This document shows, piece after piece, positions 1-7,925 of a stretch of 32,226 nucleotides of DNA. Each line of letters opens with the position of its first letter. Position 1 is the stretch's first letter. The notes beneath the pieces were generated by a model. It did no database searches, was not told where the DNA came from, and saw only the letters and a program-made list of their open reading frames with translations. The stretch comes from Eubacteriales bacterium. GTDB lineage: Bacteria; Bacillota; Clostridia; Oscillospirales; CAG-272. The stretch spans positions 1-32,226 of the forward strand of contig JAZNWM010000259.1 in NCBI GenBank assembly GCA_045593345.1. The letters are read 5' to 3'. The position numbers and the translations under genes were made by a program.

Positions 1-497
1 TGATATCTGTCCTCAAACTGACGCTTTACAATAAGTGCACCGCGGGACTCGTCGTAATCGATAGCAGCCGCATAGGTGATCTGAGGAATGCCGAGATGCT
101 CGGAGATCTGGGGACCAACCTGAGCGGTATCGCCGTCAATAGCCTGTCTGCCGCAGAATACAACGTCGGCACCGAGCTTCTTGATAGCAGCGGCAAGGAT
201 GGTGGAGGTAGCGAGAGTATCGCTTCCTGCAAATGCACGGTCGGTAAGGAGGAATGCCTCGTCAGCACCCATAGCGAGAGCCTCGCGAAGAGCCTTCTCC
301 GCCTGTGCGGGGCCCATCGTGATAACGGTTACGGTAGCACCGCACTTCTCCTTAAGCTGGAGGGCCGCCTCAATAGCGGTCTTGTCATCGGGGTTAATAA
401 TGCTGGGAACACCGTCACGCTTCAGCGTGTTGGTGATGGGATCGATTTTAATTTCGGTGGTGTTAGGCACCTGCTTAATACATACTATAATTTTCAT
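1..497 (-). CDS. etfB: Electron transfer flavoprotein beta subunit (EtfB), N-terminal 165 codons only; the gene runs off the left edge
   Basis: Absent from the ORF track because it is open at the window edge. The reverse complement from ATG at 497-495 reads MKIIVCIKQVPNTTEIKIDPITNTLKRDGVPSIINPDDKTAIEAALQLKEKCGATVTVITMGP..., a typical EtfB N-terminus. It starts 12 nt after the acyl-CoA dehydrogenase stop, with AAGGTG upstream, matching the usual bcd-etfB-etfA order. Confidence 0.85.
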   Translation of the reverse strand, partial: MKIIVCIKQVPNTTEIKIDPITNTLKRDGVPSIINPDDKTAIEAALQLKEKCGATVTVITMGPAQAEKALREALAMGADEAFLLTDRAFAGSDTLATSTILAAAIKKLGADVVFCGRQAIDGDTAQVGPQISEHLGIPQITYAAAIDYDESRGALIVKRQFEDRY

Positions 498-509
498 AAT
501 CTATTCACC

Positions 510-1646
510 TTACTTTCTGAGAAGAGCACCCGAGATAACCATTCTCTGAACCTCGGAGGTACCCTCGTAGATCTCGGTAATCTTCGCATCTCTCATCATT
601 CTCTCTACGGGATACTCACGGGTGTAGCCGTAGCCGCCGTGAAGCTGAACGCACTTGGTGGTAACCTCCATAGCAGTCTCAGCCGCGAAGAGCTTCGCCT
701 GTGCCGCGTTTACCGAAAGAGTGGGAAGCTTGTTCTGCTTCGCATCGGTAGCGATATAAACGAGAGCCTTTGCCGCTGCAATTCTTGTTGCGAGATCAGC
801 AAGCACGAACTGTGTATTCTGGAACTGAGAAATGGTTCTGTTGAACTGCTTTCTCGATTTAACGTATGCGATGGTGGTATCAAGAGCTCCCTCTGCAATA
901 CCGAGAGCCTGTGCCGCGATACCGATACGGCCGCCGTCAAGAGTCTTCATAGCGATCTTGAAGCCGTCGCCACGCTTGCCGAGCAGGTTCTCCTTAGGAA
1001 CCTTAACGTTCTCAAAGATAAGCTCGCAGGTGGACGAGCCGCGGATACCCATCTTCTTCTCCTTCTTACCTACGGAGAAGCCCTCGAATGCCGACTCAAC
1101 GATGAAGGCGGACATCTCGGGACCCTTGGGGCCCTTACCGGTGATAGCAATGATTATGTAGGTGGACGCATAGCCTGCGTTGGTGATAAAGATTTTGCTA
1201 CCGTTAAGGAGGTAGTGATCATCCATCTCAACGGCGGTGGTCTGCTGGTTTGCAGCGTCGGTGCCCGCATTGGGCTCGGTAAGACCGAACGCACCGATCT
1301 TTCTTCCGCTGGCAAGGTCGGGAAGGTACTTTCTTCTCTGCTCCTCGGTACCGTACTCAAGAATGGGAGCTACGCACAGAGACATATGTGCCGAGAGAAT
1401 AACGCCGGTAGTACCGCAGGCCTTGGAAAGCTCCTCAACAGCCGAAATATACATACGGTAATTGCCGCCTGCACCGCCGTATTCCTTGGGAACGATAATG
1501 CCCATAAGGCCCATCTTCGCCATTTTTTCTACGGTCTCGGCAGGGAAACGCTCCTGCTCGTCAACCTCCTGAGCAAGAGGCTTTACCTCATTCTCAGCAA
1601 AGTCCTTTATCATCTGCTCAAACAGAATAGACTTGTAATCTGCCAT
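510..1646 (-). CDS. bcd: Acyl-CoA dehydrogenase, short-chain / butyryl-CoA dehydrogenase type (Etf-coupled)
   Basis: 378 aa of full-length ACAD architecture. Visible motifs include GLTEPNAGTD, GGYGYTREYPVERMMRDAKITEIYEGTSEVQ (with the catalytic Glu of YEGTSE). AAGGAG RBS upstream; etfB lies immediately downstream. Confidence 0.9.
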   Translation of the reverse strand: MADYKSILFEQMIKDFAENEVKPLAQEVDEQERFPAETVEKMAKMGLMGIIVPKEYGGAGGNYRMYISAVEELSKACGTTGVILSAHMSLCVAPILEYGTEEQRRKYLPDLASGRKIGAFGLTEPNAGTDAANQQTTAVEMDDHYLLNGSKIFITNAGYASTYIIIAITGKGPKGPEMSAFIVESAFEGFSVGKKEKKMGIRGSSTCELIFENVKVPKENLLGKRGDGFKIAMKTLDGGRIGIAAQALGIAEGALDTTIAYVKSRKQFNRTISQFQNTQFVLADLATRIAAAKALVYIATDAKQNKLPTLSVNAAQAKLFAAETAMEVTTKCVQLHGGYGYTREYPVERMMRDAKITEIYEGTSEVQRMVISGALLRK

Positions 1647-1666
1647 TTTTCTATTTCTCCTTGAAT

Positions 1667-2068
1667 TTAGAATTTAACGGTTGCAACACCGGTAATAACA
1701 GCCTTACCGTCCTGGTTGTAGCAGGTGGTATTAAGCTTTACGATGTGCTTATCCTCGCGGATCTCGGCGATCTCGCACTCTGCGGTGATGGTGTCTCCGA
1801 GAAATACGGGAGCGGTGAATCTGAGCTCCTGACCAAGATAAATGGTTCCGGGGCCGGGAAGCTTGTTAGCAAGAACTGCCGAAATAAGACCGGAAGTGAG
1901 AATGCCGTGTACGATTCTCCTTCCGAAGATAGTTGTCTTGGCATATTCCTCATCAAGATGAATGGGATTGGTGTCAAGGCTCACCTCTGCGAATGCTCTG
2001 AGATCTGCATCGCTGAAGGTCTTCTGGACAGATGCCTTCTGTCCTACGTAAAGTTCGCTGAATGTCAT
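1667..2068 (-). CDS. MaoC-like (R)-specific enoyl-CoA hydratase / hotdog-fold dehydratase
   Basis: Hotdog/MaoC signature DTNPIHLDEEYAKTTIFGRRIVHGIL. The track ORF extends to 2107, but the ATG at 2068 (MTFSELY...) has a GGAGGA RBS 7 nt upstream, so I prefer the shorter form. It lies 20 nt upstream of bcd on the same strand. Confidence 0.8.
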   Translation of the reverse strand: MTFSELYVGQKASVQKTFSDADLRAFAEVSLDTNPIHLDEEYAKTTIFGRRIVHGILTSGLISAVLANKLPGPGTIYLGQELRFTAPVFLGDTITAECEIAEIREDKHIVKLNTTCYNQDGKAVITGVATVKF

Positions 2069-2221
2069 TTTGTTTTCCTCCATTTTTTGAATATGAATAT
2101 TGTTCATATTTTCTACATATCCATTATATCATCTTTTATTGTATTTGTCAATATTTAATATGTAAAACTTTGTTAAAAATTTATTTTTGTATAAAATGTC
2201 CAAAAAAATGAATTAACACTA

Positions 2222-2250
2222 TTGCAAAAGTACTCGGAAAATGTTATAAT
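2222..2250 (+). promoter_or_regulatory. Sigma-70/SigA-type promoter for the TetR gene
   Basis: TTGCAA (2222-2227), a 17-nt spacer, then TATAAT (2245-2250). This is ~30 nt upstream of the ATG at 2280, with GGAG at about 2270. Confidence 0.5.
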
Positions 2251-2279
2251 AAGGAGTAATTTATTGCAGAGGAGACGCT

Positions 2280-2915
2280 ATGGCAGACAAAATAATCGAA
2301 GTCAAGGGAATAAACCTACCCAAAACCGAGCTCGGAAGAATCAAAATGGAGAAGCTTCTCGCCTCATCCCAGGAGCTTTTTGCCAAGAACGGCTTTTACG
2401 CTACGTCTATATCGGATATATGTAAGCACGCCGGAACGGCAGTAGGCACCTTCTACATCTATTTTGAGACCAAGACCGACGTTTACAGATACCTTATGGA
2501 AACCTACAAGCACGAGATACGAACCCGTCTTGCGAAGAGTATAGAAGCCTGCGAGAGCAGATACGAGAAGGAGCGTGAGGGCATCAAGTGCTTCATTAAG
2601 TACGCCGTTTCCGAGCCTAACGTATACAACATCATCTGGGGAAGTCTTTCTATAGACCGCCAGATGTTCGTAGACTACTATAAATCCTTTGCAAAAAGCT
2701 ACGCGAGGGCATTGGCTGTTGACGGTGAGGTGACCCTTGCCGACACCGACTCGGTGGCATATATGCTGATGGGAATATCGAACTTCCTCGGCATCAAGGC
2801 GATGATTGAGGGGATGACCGATGATGAAATTGACAAAATGATGGATAATACCGTTATGCCCGCCATTGAAAAGGGGATTTTGACAAAAAAGCCCTGCGAC
2901 GATGAGGATAATTAA
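2280..2915 (+). CDS. TetR/AcrR-family transcriptional regulator
   Basis: 211 aa. The N-terminal TetR HTH reads LFAKNGFYATSISDICKHAGTAVGTFYIYFETKTDVY, followed by a helical C-terminal ligand domain. It is divergent from the MaoC-bcd-etfB operon. Confidence 0.88.
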   Translation: MADKIIEVKGINLPKTELGRIKMEKLLASSQELFAKNGFYATSISDICKHAGTAVGTFYIYFETKTDVYRYLMETYKHEIRTRLAKSIEACESRYEKEREGIKCFIKYAVSEPNVYNIIWGSLSIDRQMFVDYYKSFAKSYARALAVDGEVTLADTDSVAYMLMGISNFLGIKAMIEGMTDDEIDKMMDNTVMPAIEKGILTKKPCDDEDN

Positions 2916-2933
2916 CGAACCGAGACGATAATT

Positions 2934-3842
2934 ATGAAGATAAAAATTGTTATTTTCCTGCTTGTAAGCCTGCTCGCTCTGATCACACTATCCGCCTGCG
3001 ATGACGGCGGCATTGCCGATATCGGCATCGGTCACGATTGCTACGATGAAAATGCCGACCACAAATGCGAGCAGTGTGATAAAATATTCACCGCCTGTGC
3101 CGACACCGACAACGATCATAAATGTAATCTGTGCGGTAAGGAGACCTCCAGATGTCCTGTCGATCCGGGCTGGGATCACACCTGCGACTTGTGCGGCAGG
3201 ATCAGCGAATGTATTGACAAGGATAACACTCGCGTCTGCGACTATTGCGGTCTACCGATTCTTGACTGTGTTGACGTGAATTCTGATCATTTTTGCGATT
3301 TTTGTAACCTAAAGCTTACAGAATGCCGCGATTTTGACCAAAATCACGACTGTGATATATGCGACAAGCAGCTCCATTTTTGCACAGATACTACCCCTAC
3401 CGACCATATATGCGACTGGTGTGGAGACGTAGCCTCGTTGTGTAATGACGTGGACAAGGACCATTTTTGCGAGGTGTGCGGCGAAGCTGTATCCGAATGC
3501 TCCGACGGCGATAACGATCACCTGTGCGACTGGTGTGAGGACCGCATCAGCGACTGTCAGGCATCGGGAGTCAACCTTATCTGCAGCGTCTGCGGTGCAA
3601 GAATGGCTTATATTGCCGTCACAGCTCCCGAGGGCTACCTCGTAAACGGCCTTTTAATTGATGAGGAGTACCGCTACGGCAAGGCTCTGACCGTACGCTT
3701 CAGCACAACCGAGGGCGTGGATAGTCCCGCAGGCTATGTAATCTACCGCTCGGACGGAAGCGAGATTGCAAGAATTGAGGCAAATGGCTCTTACGTCATT
3801 GAGGAGATGGGAAGCTACTACGCCCTGCCGGTTTTTGAGTAA
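2934..3842 (+). CDS. Cys-rich tandem-repeat lipoprotein, function unknown
   Basis: 302 aa. The signal peptide plus lipobox reads MKIKIVIFLLVSLLALITLSAC. It has 31 Cys in total, with nine complete and one partial D-x-D-x-D-H-x-C-[DE]-x-C-G-x5-6-C unit of 19-20 aa. A ~75-aa beta-rich C-terminal domain follows. It starts 18 nt after the TetR stop. Confidence 0.75.
   Translation: MKIKIVIFLLVSLLALITLSACDDGGIADIGIGHDCYDENADHKCEQCDKIFTACADTDNDHKCNLCGKETSRCPVDPGWDHTCDLCGRISECIDKDNTRVCDYCGLPILDCVDVNSDHFCDFCNLKLTECRDFDQNHDCDICDKQLHFCTDTTPTDHICDWCGDVASLCNDVDKDHFCEVCGEAVSECSDGDNDHLCDWCEDRISDCQASGVNLICSVCGARMAYIAVTAPEGYLVNGLLIDEEYRYGKALTVRFSTTEGVDSPAGYVIYRSDGSEIARIEANGSYVIEEMGSYYALPVFE
3036..3596 (+). 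repeat. Degenerate in-frame tandem repeat (57-60 nt period, about 10 copies) encoding the CxxC-x6-7-C units
   Basis: Cys triads fall at residues 44/47/55, 63/66/74, 83/86/93, 102/105/112, 121/124/131, 140/143/150, 160/163/170, 179/182/189 and 198/201/208, then 217/220. Most are preceded by D-H two residues before the first Cys. Confidence 0.8.
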
Positions 3843-3924
3843 CCCCCTCTTTTTCGCATTTTTGTAACAAAAACGGCATACCGTTATGCCGAAACGTGAT
3901 AGGATTCATCAAGAAAGGAAAATT

Positions 3925-4911
3925 ATGGAATCGCTAATTTTCGCATTCAACTCGGTCGCACCGATAATTTTCACCGTTGCTGTAGGCTATTTCCTCAAGA
4001 AAATCGGCCTTATGGACGCAGACCTTTCAAAGAAGGCAAACAAGCTTGTCTTCCGCGTATTTCTGCCCGTAATGCTCTTCCTTAACGTATACGGAATACA
4101 AAGCATTGACTCGGTGGGCTTCGGCTACATTATCTACTCGCTTGTAGCCTTGCTTATAATCTTCGGCGTAGCCGTCCCCACTGTTTTTCTCCTTACTGAT
4201 AAGAAAAAACGCCGCGGAGCTCTGCTGCAGGGTGTGTTTCGTTCAAATTACGCCCTTATCGGTATTCCCCTGGCATCCAGCCTCTTCCCCGGTGAGGGGG
4301 CGGCGGTTGCAACGCTGCTGTCGGCGTTTATGGTTCCCGCCTTCAACATCCTGGCGGTTATCGGTCTTTCTATCTTTAACAACGACGGTGAAAAGCCGAA
4401 TTTCAAGAAGGTTCTGCTGGGCATTGTCAAAAATCCGCTTATTATCGGCATTGTGGCCGGACTTTGCTCGCTGGGTATCAGAGCACTGTTCGTTGAATGG
4501 GACGTATCCTTCAGGTTGTCCGAGATCCCTGCAATATGGAAGACGCTGAATTATCTTTCAAGCATCGCCACACCCCTCGCCCTGCTGGTGCTGGGAGCAC
4601 AATTTGAATTCTCTGCAATTCCCTCTCTCAGGCGAGAGATTATAGGCGGCGTAATAATCCGCAGCCTTATCGTTCCCCTCCTCGGCATCGGAGTGGCATA
4701 TTTTGCCTTTCGCAACAGCTTCGGCGGTGCACAGTTCGCATCGCTCGTGGCAGTTTTCTGCACGCCCGTTGCCGTTTCCAGCGTACCGATGGCACAGGAG
4801 ATGGGGGCTGACGCCGAGCTGGCAGGACAGCTTGTGGTATTCACTACAATATCCTCTGCGTTTACGGTGTTTGTAGCTTCCTTCATATTAAAGGCAGTGG
4901 GGATTTTCTGA
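3925..4911 (+). CDS. AEC (auxin efflux carrier) family membrane transporter
   Basis: About 10 TM segments. The N-terminus MESLIFAFNSVAPIIFTVAVGYFLKK and overall size (328 aa) are typical of the AEC/Mem_trans family. The track start at 3886 adds a hydrophilic MPKRDRIHQERKI; the ATG at 3925 has AAAGGAAA just upstream, so it is preferred. Confidence 0.75.
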   Translation: MESLIFAFNSVAPIIFTVAVGYFLKKIGLMDADLSKKANKLVFRVFLPVMLFLNVYGIQSIDSVGFGYIIYSLVALLIIFGVAVPTVFLLTDKKKRRGALLQGVFRSNYALIGIPLASSLFPGEGAAVATLLSAFMVPAFNILAVIGLSIFNNDGEKPNFKKVLLGIVKNPLIIGIVAGLCSLGIRALFVEWDVSFRLSEIPAIWKTLNYLSSIATPLALLVLGAQFEFSAIPSLRREIIGGVIIRSLIVPLLGIGVAYFAFRNSFGGAQFASLVAVFCTPVAVSSVPMAQEMGADAELAGQLVVFTTISSAFTVFVASFILKAVGIF

Positions 4912-4956
4912 CACCCAAAGCAGGCCGGACATTAGCGTCTATCTTAAACAATTTGC

Positions 4957-4992
4957 GACCGAGTCTGATACGGCTCGGTCCTTTCTTTTTTT
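4957..4992 (+). terminator. Rho-independent terminator after the AEC transporter gene
   Basis: Stem GACCGAG (4957-4963) / CTCGGTC (4974-4980), followed by CTTTCTTTTTTT. Confidence 0.65.
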
Positions 4993-5218
4993 CAATCCCT
5001 TTATATAATAAGTTGATATTTTTCCTTAAGACAAAATTGCTTTGTTGATTATGCACAAAAACGCCTGTTTTTTTTGTATGTGAGAGTTCATTTTTTACAT
5101 AAGAATATCAAAAAAATCAAGAGATAATTTTACTTCTGTCAAAATAATTAAGGCGAAGGTTTTTTGGTAGGTGTAAAATGAAACAACAATTATAAGGGGT
5201 AAGATGGCTTATTAAATA

Positions 5219-5824
5219 ATGAATAAAATAACCTTTAAGCAATATCGAAATATTGACCTTTTCATTTTTGGAGCCCTGCTTATCGTATCCGAGCTGATTG
5301 CCACCCTTGCATCTAACAAATGGTTTGTCGCACAGCCCATCGTAATTTCCACCACGCTTACCTTTATCTGTATCGTGATGATGCGTTGGAGCTGGTTCGC
5401 CCTGATTCCCGCCTGCCTTGGCGGTGCGGTATTCTGTATCGCGTCGGGAGCGAGCCCTGAGCAGTATCTCATCTACTGTGCAGGCAACTGTGCCGCACTT
5501 GTTGCCATGGTATACTTCAGAATCTGGGGTAAGGCCGGTGCGAGGAGCAGCAGAACCAGGCTGTTTATCTTCGTCGCAACTGCATATCTGTCGATGCAGG
5601 TCGCAAGATGGCTTCTGTCACTTCCCTTCGGCGGCAGGCTTGATACTCTGCTCGTCTATCTCGGCACAGATATTATCTCTCTGCTCTTTGCGGCGGTTGT
5701 GGTGATACTGATGAAAAATACCGACGGTATGATAGAGGATCAGAGGGCCTACCTCTTCAGGCTTCAGCGTGAGGCCGAGGCTAAAGGGCCAAATGACGGA
5801 TACGGCAATAACGGAAATGAATAA
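5219..5824 (+). CDS. Polytopic membrane protein (5-6 TM), family not recognised; first gene of the pectin-oligosaccharide operon
   Basis: 201 aa, hydrophobic throughout (LFIFGALLIVSELIATLA, IVISTTLTFICIVMM, FALIPACLGGAVFCIA and others) with a charged C-terminal tail. The permease gene follows after 47 nt on the same strand. Confidence 0.6.
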   Translation: MNKITFKQYRNIDLFIFGALLIVSELIATLASNKWFVAQPIVISTTLTFICIVMMRWSWFALIPACLGGAVFCIASGASPEQYLIYCAGNCAALVAMVYFRIWGKAGARSSRTRLFIFVATAYLSMQVARWLLSLPFGGRLDTLLVYLGTDIISLLFAAVVVILMKNTDGMIEDQRAYLFRLQREAEAKGPNDGYGNNGNE

Positions 5825-5871
5825 GCATTTAACATTTAATTAGTAAGTTTAACAACGGAGGAAGCACGTTT

Positions 5872-6933
5872 ATGAAAAAATTAGCATCCGATTATCTTGT
5901 GTACGACGAGGCCACAGGAAAATATCACGAGGATCCCGAGCAGGCGGTCAGAGATGACGTCGAAAAGCACCATTGGCTCAACGTAGCCCGCATAGTCCTT
6001 AAGGACTGGCGACTCTATCTTATGCTGGTGCCTATGCTGCTGGTATTCCTGTTCTGGAGATATTTCCCGATGTACGACCTTCTTGCCTGCTTCAAGATTT
6101 ATGACCAGAACACCGAGGTAGCAGACCAGTTTTATTCGGGCTTTAACTACTTCATTGAGCTGTTCCAGGGTACCACAGATTTGTCCAAGGATTTCTGGCG
6201 TGCGTTCCGTAACACCTTCGTAATTTCCTTCTACGGACTTTGCTTCGGCTTCCCTATGCCTATAATCATCGCTCTCTTCTTCAACGAGATCAAATCGAAT
6301 ATAGCGAGAAGCGTATATCAGGTTCTTACATATCTTCCCAAGTTTATGTCTACGGTTGTTATGACCACCCTTATTACTATGCTGGTGCGTCAGTCATCCG
6401 GTACGATAGGCGTAGAAATGGGTGTTATCTCAAGATTTCTCTTCAATCTCGGTCTGATTACCGAGGAGGTAGGAAACGCAGGTCTTTTAAATAATCCCGA
6501 TTTCTTCCGAGCAATATATCAGATAAGCGGTATATGGGAAACCGCAGGCTACGATTCCATCGTATTCTTCGCGGCAATAATCGCCATTTCACCCACAAGC
6601 TACGAGGCGGCACAGATTGACGGTGCAGGCAAGATGGCACAGATGAGATACGTTGTGCTTCCCTCTATCCTCTCCACCGTTGTAATTATGCTTATCACCC
6701 GTATCGGCTCGCTGCTTAACGTAGGATACGAGAAGGTTCTTCTTCTCTACAATCCCCAAACCTACATTACCGCAGACGTTGTTTCCACCTTCGCACAAAG
6801 ATACGGTATGGACGTTCCCAAGCTTCAGGGTATATCGTCGGCGGCAGAGATGCTGAACAACGTGGTCGGAATGCTTCTCGTTATCGGAGCCAACACCGTC
6901 GCCCGCAAGGCATCTAACGTTTCACTTTATTAA
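5872..6933 (+). CDS. Carbohydrate ABC transporter permease, LplB/YteP-like
   Basis: 353 aa, 6 TM. The EAA loop reads SYEAAQIDGAGKMAQMRYVVLPSI. GGAGGA RBS 9 nt upstream. A ~45-aa acidic/His-containing cytoplasmic N-terminal extension precedes TM1. Confidence 0.88.
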   Translation: MKKLASDYLVYDEATGKYHEDPEQAVRDDVEKHHWLNVARIVLKDWRLYLMLVPMLLVFLFWRYFPMYDLLACFKIYDQNTEVADQFYSGFNYFIELFQGTTDLSKDFWRAFRNTFVISFYGLCFGFPMPIIIALFFNEIKSNIARSVYQVLTYLPKFMSTVVMTTLITMLVRQSSGTIGVEMGVISRFLFNLGLITEEVGNAGLLNNPDFFRAIYQISGIWETAGYDSIVFFAAIIAISPTSYEAAQIDGAGKMAQMRYVVLPSILSTVVIMLITRIGSLLNVGYEKVLLLYNPQTYITADVVSTFAQRYGMDVPKLQGISSAAEMLNNVVGMLLVIGANTVARKASNVSLY

Positions 6934-6955
6934 TAGGAAAGGTTGGGAATAATTT

Positions 6956-7846
6956 ATGAAAAGAAAATTAGAAATATCCGAGCTTATCTTTAAAATACTG
7001 TCTTACCTTTTCCTTACGGTGTTTGCAATATGCTGTCTTTATCCCTTCCTTTACGCGGTCTTTTCTGCAATAAGCGGAAGAGAGGCGGTTGAGTACGGAC
7101 AGATCATCCTTTTCCCTAAGGATGTTCAGTTTGAAGCATTTGAGAGTATGTTTAACGATATGATGTTCTGGAACTCATACACCAACACACTCTTTATCAC
7201 CTTCTACGGCACTATTTGGGCAATGCTGGTAGCGATATTCGGTGCTTATGCTTTATCCAAAAAGAGACTTTTGTTCCGCAAATCATTCAACTTTTTCCTT
7301 GTATTCACAATGTGGTTCTCTGCGGGTATCCTTCCCCAGTATCTGAACTACCGTGAGACAAGAGACGTCTTCTATTCTATGGGAATTACCGACGATAAAT
7401 GGCTCGTCGTTATTGCCATGGGTATGGCGGCAATGAACATTATCCTTCTCCGTAACGCCTTCGAGGGTGTTCCCTCCGAGATTGAGGAGGCGGCCATCGT
7501 TGACGGTGCTACCGAAATGCAGGTTCTTACCAACGTTTATATCCCTATGTCCAAATCCACCATTGCAACGGTTGCACTCTTCTTTGCAATCTCCCGTTGG
7601 AACGGTTACTACTGGGCACGTAGAATGATGACCAATGCTAACGAGCATCCCCTTCAGGTATTTATCCGTCTTTCTCTTGAAAAATTCCAGGATCCCGACG
7701 TAATGGGCGGCTGGAATGAGCCCTATGCTGCAGACTCGGCAATTTACGCACTTATCGTCTGTGCAATTATACCTATTCTCGTTATTTACCCCTTCATTCA
7801 GAAATACTTTGCCAAGGGCGTAAATATGGGCGGCGTTAAGGAATAA
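6956..7846 (+). CDS. Carbohydrate ABC transporter permease, LplC/YtcP-like
   Basis: 296 aa, 6 TM. The EAA loop reads EIEEAAIVDGATEMQVLTNVYIPMS. It is adjacent to the first permease. Confidence 0.88.
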   Translation: MKRKLEISELIFKILSYLFLTVFAICCLYPFLYAVFSAISGREAVEYGQIILFPKDVQFEAFESMFNDMMFWNSYTNTLFITFYGTIWAMLVAIFGAYALSKKRLLFRKSFNFFLVFTMWFSAGILPQYLNYRETRDVFYSMGITDDKWLVVIAMGMAAMNIILLRNAFEGVPSEIEEAAIVDGATEMQVLTNVYIPMSKSTIATVALFFAISRWNGYYWARRMMTNANEHPLQVFIRLSLEKFQDPDVMGGWNEPYAADSAIYALIVCAIIPILVIYPFIQKYFAKGVNMGGVKE

Positions 7847-7925
7847 TCCATCGCCCAAATCCACTTCGGTTAGTATCGCATATTATGCGGCTAATAAATA
7901 AAATTTCTTTTTAGGAGGTCCCCCA

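Noticed and set aside
96-1664. A 522-aa plus-strand ORF spanning the etfB/bcd region. Similar long shadow ORFs occur at 7911-9506 (-), 17399-18373 (-), 19315-20730 (+), 22383-23882 (+), 26368-27219 (+) and 27277-28404 (+).
   Set aside because: Each lies antisense to a gene with unmistakable family motifs. Their translations are low-complexity (runs of L, G, S, R, V), with no recognisable motifs or RBS. The first even crosses a gene boundary. Stop-codon depletion on the antisense frame is the expected by-product of this genome's codon bias (few TTA, CTA or TCA codons).
2222-2425. A 67-aa ORF overlapping the TetR start
   Set aside because: It starts at a TTG that is actually the -35 hexamer of the TetR promoter. 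It runs out of frame through the TetR HTH coding region and gives a basic, low-complexity product.
3886-3924. Upstream or alternative start codons proposed by the ORF track. These are 3886 for the AEC gene, 2107 for MaoC, 10328 (TTG) for membrane protein A, 20873 (TTG) for AraC, 24736 (TTG) for the activation domain and 32174 (TTG) for the last ORF.
   Set aside because: In each case a downstream ATG has a better-spaced purine-rich RBS and gives an N-terminus typical of the family. The longer forms add hydrophilic or odd extensions. The choice cannot be proven without N-terminal proteomics.
5178-5215. Two mini-ORFs with purine-rich upstream sequences just before the first operon gene: MKQQL-stop at 5178-5195 and MAY-stop at 5204-5215
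   Set aside because: In an AT-rich leader, such 3-5-codon ORFs arise easily by chance. I cannot show conservation or a leader-peptide logic. It would only be worth checking if ribosome profiling data exist.
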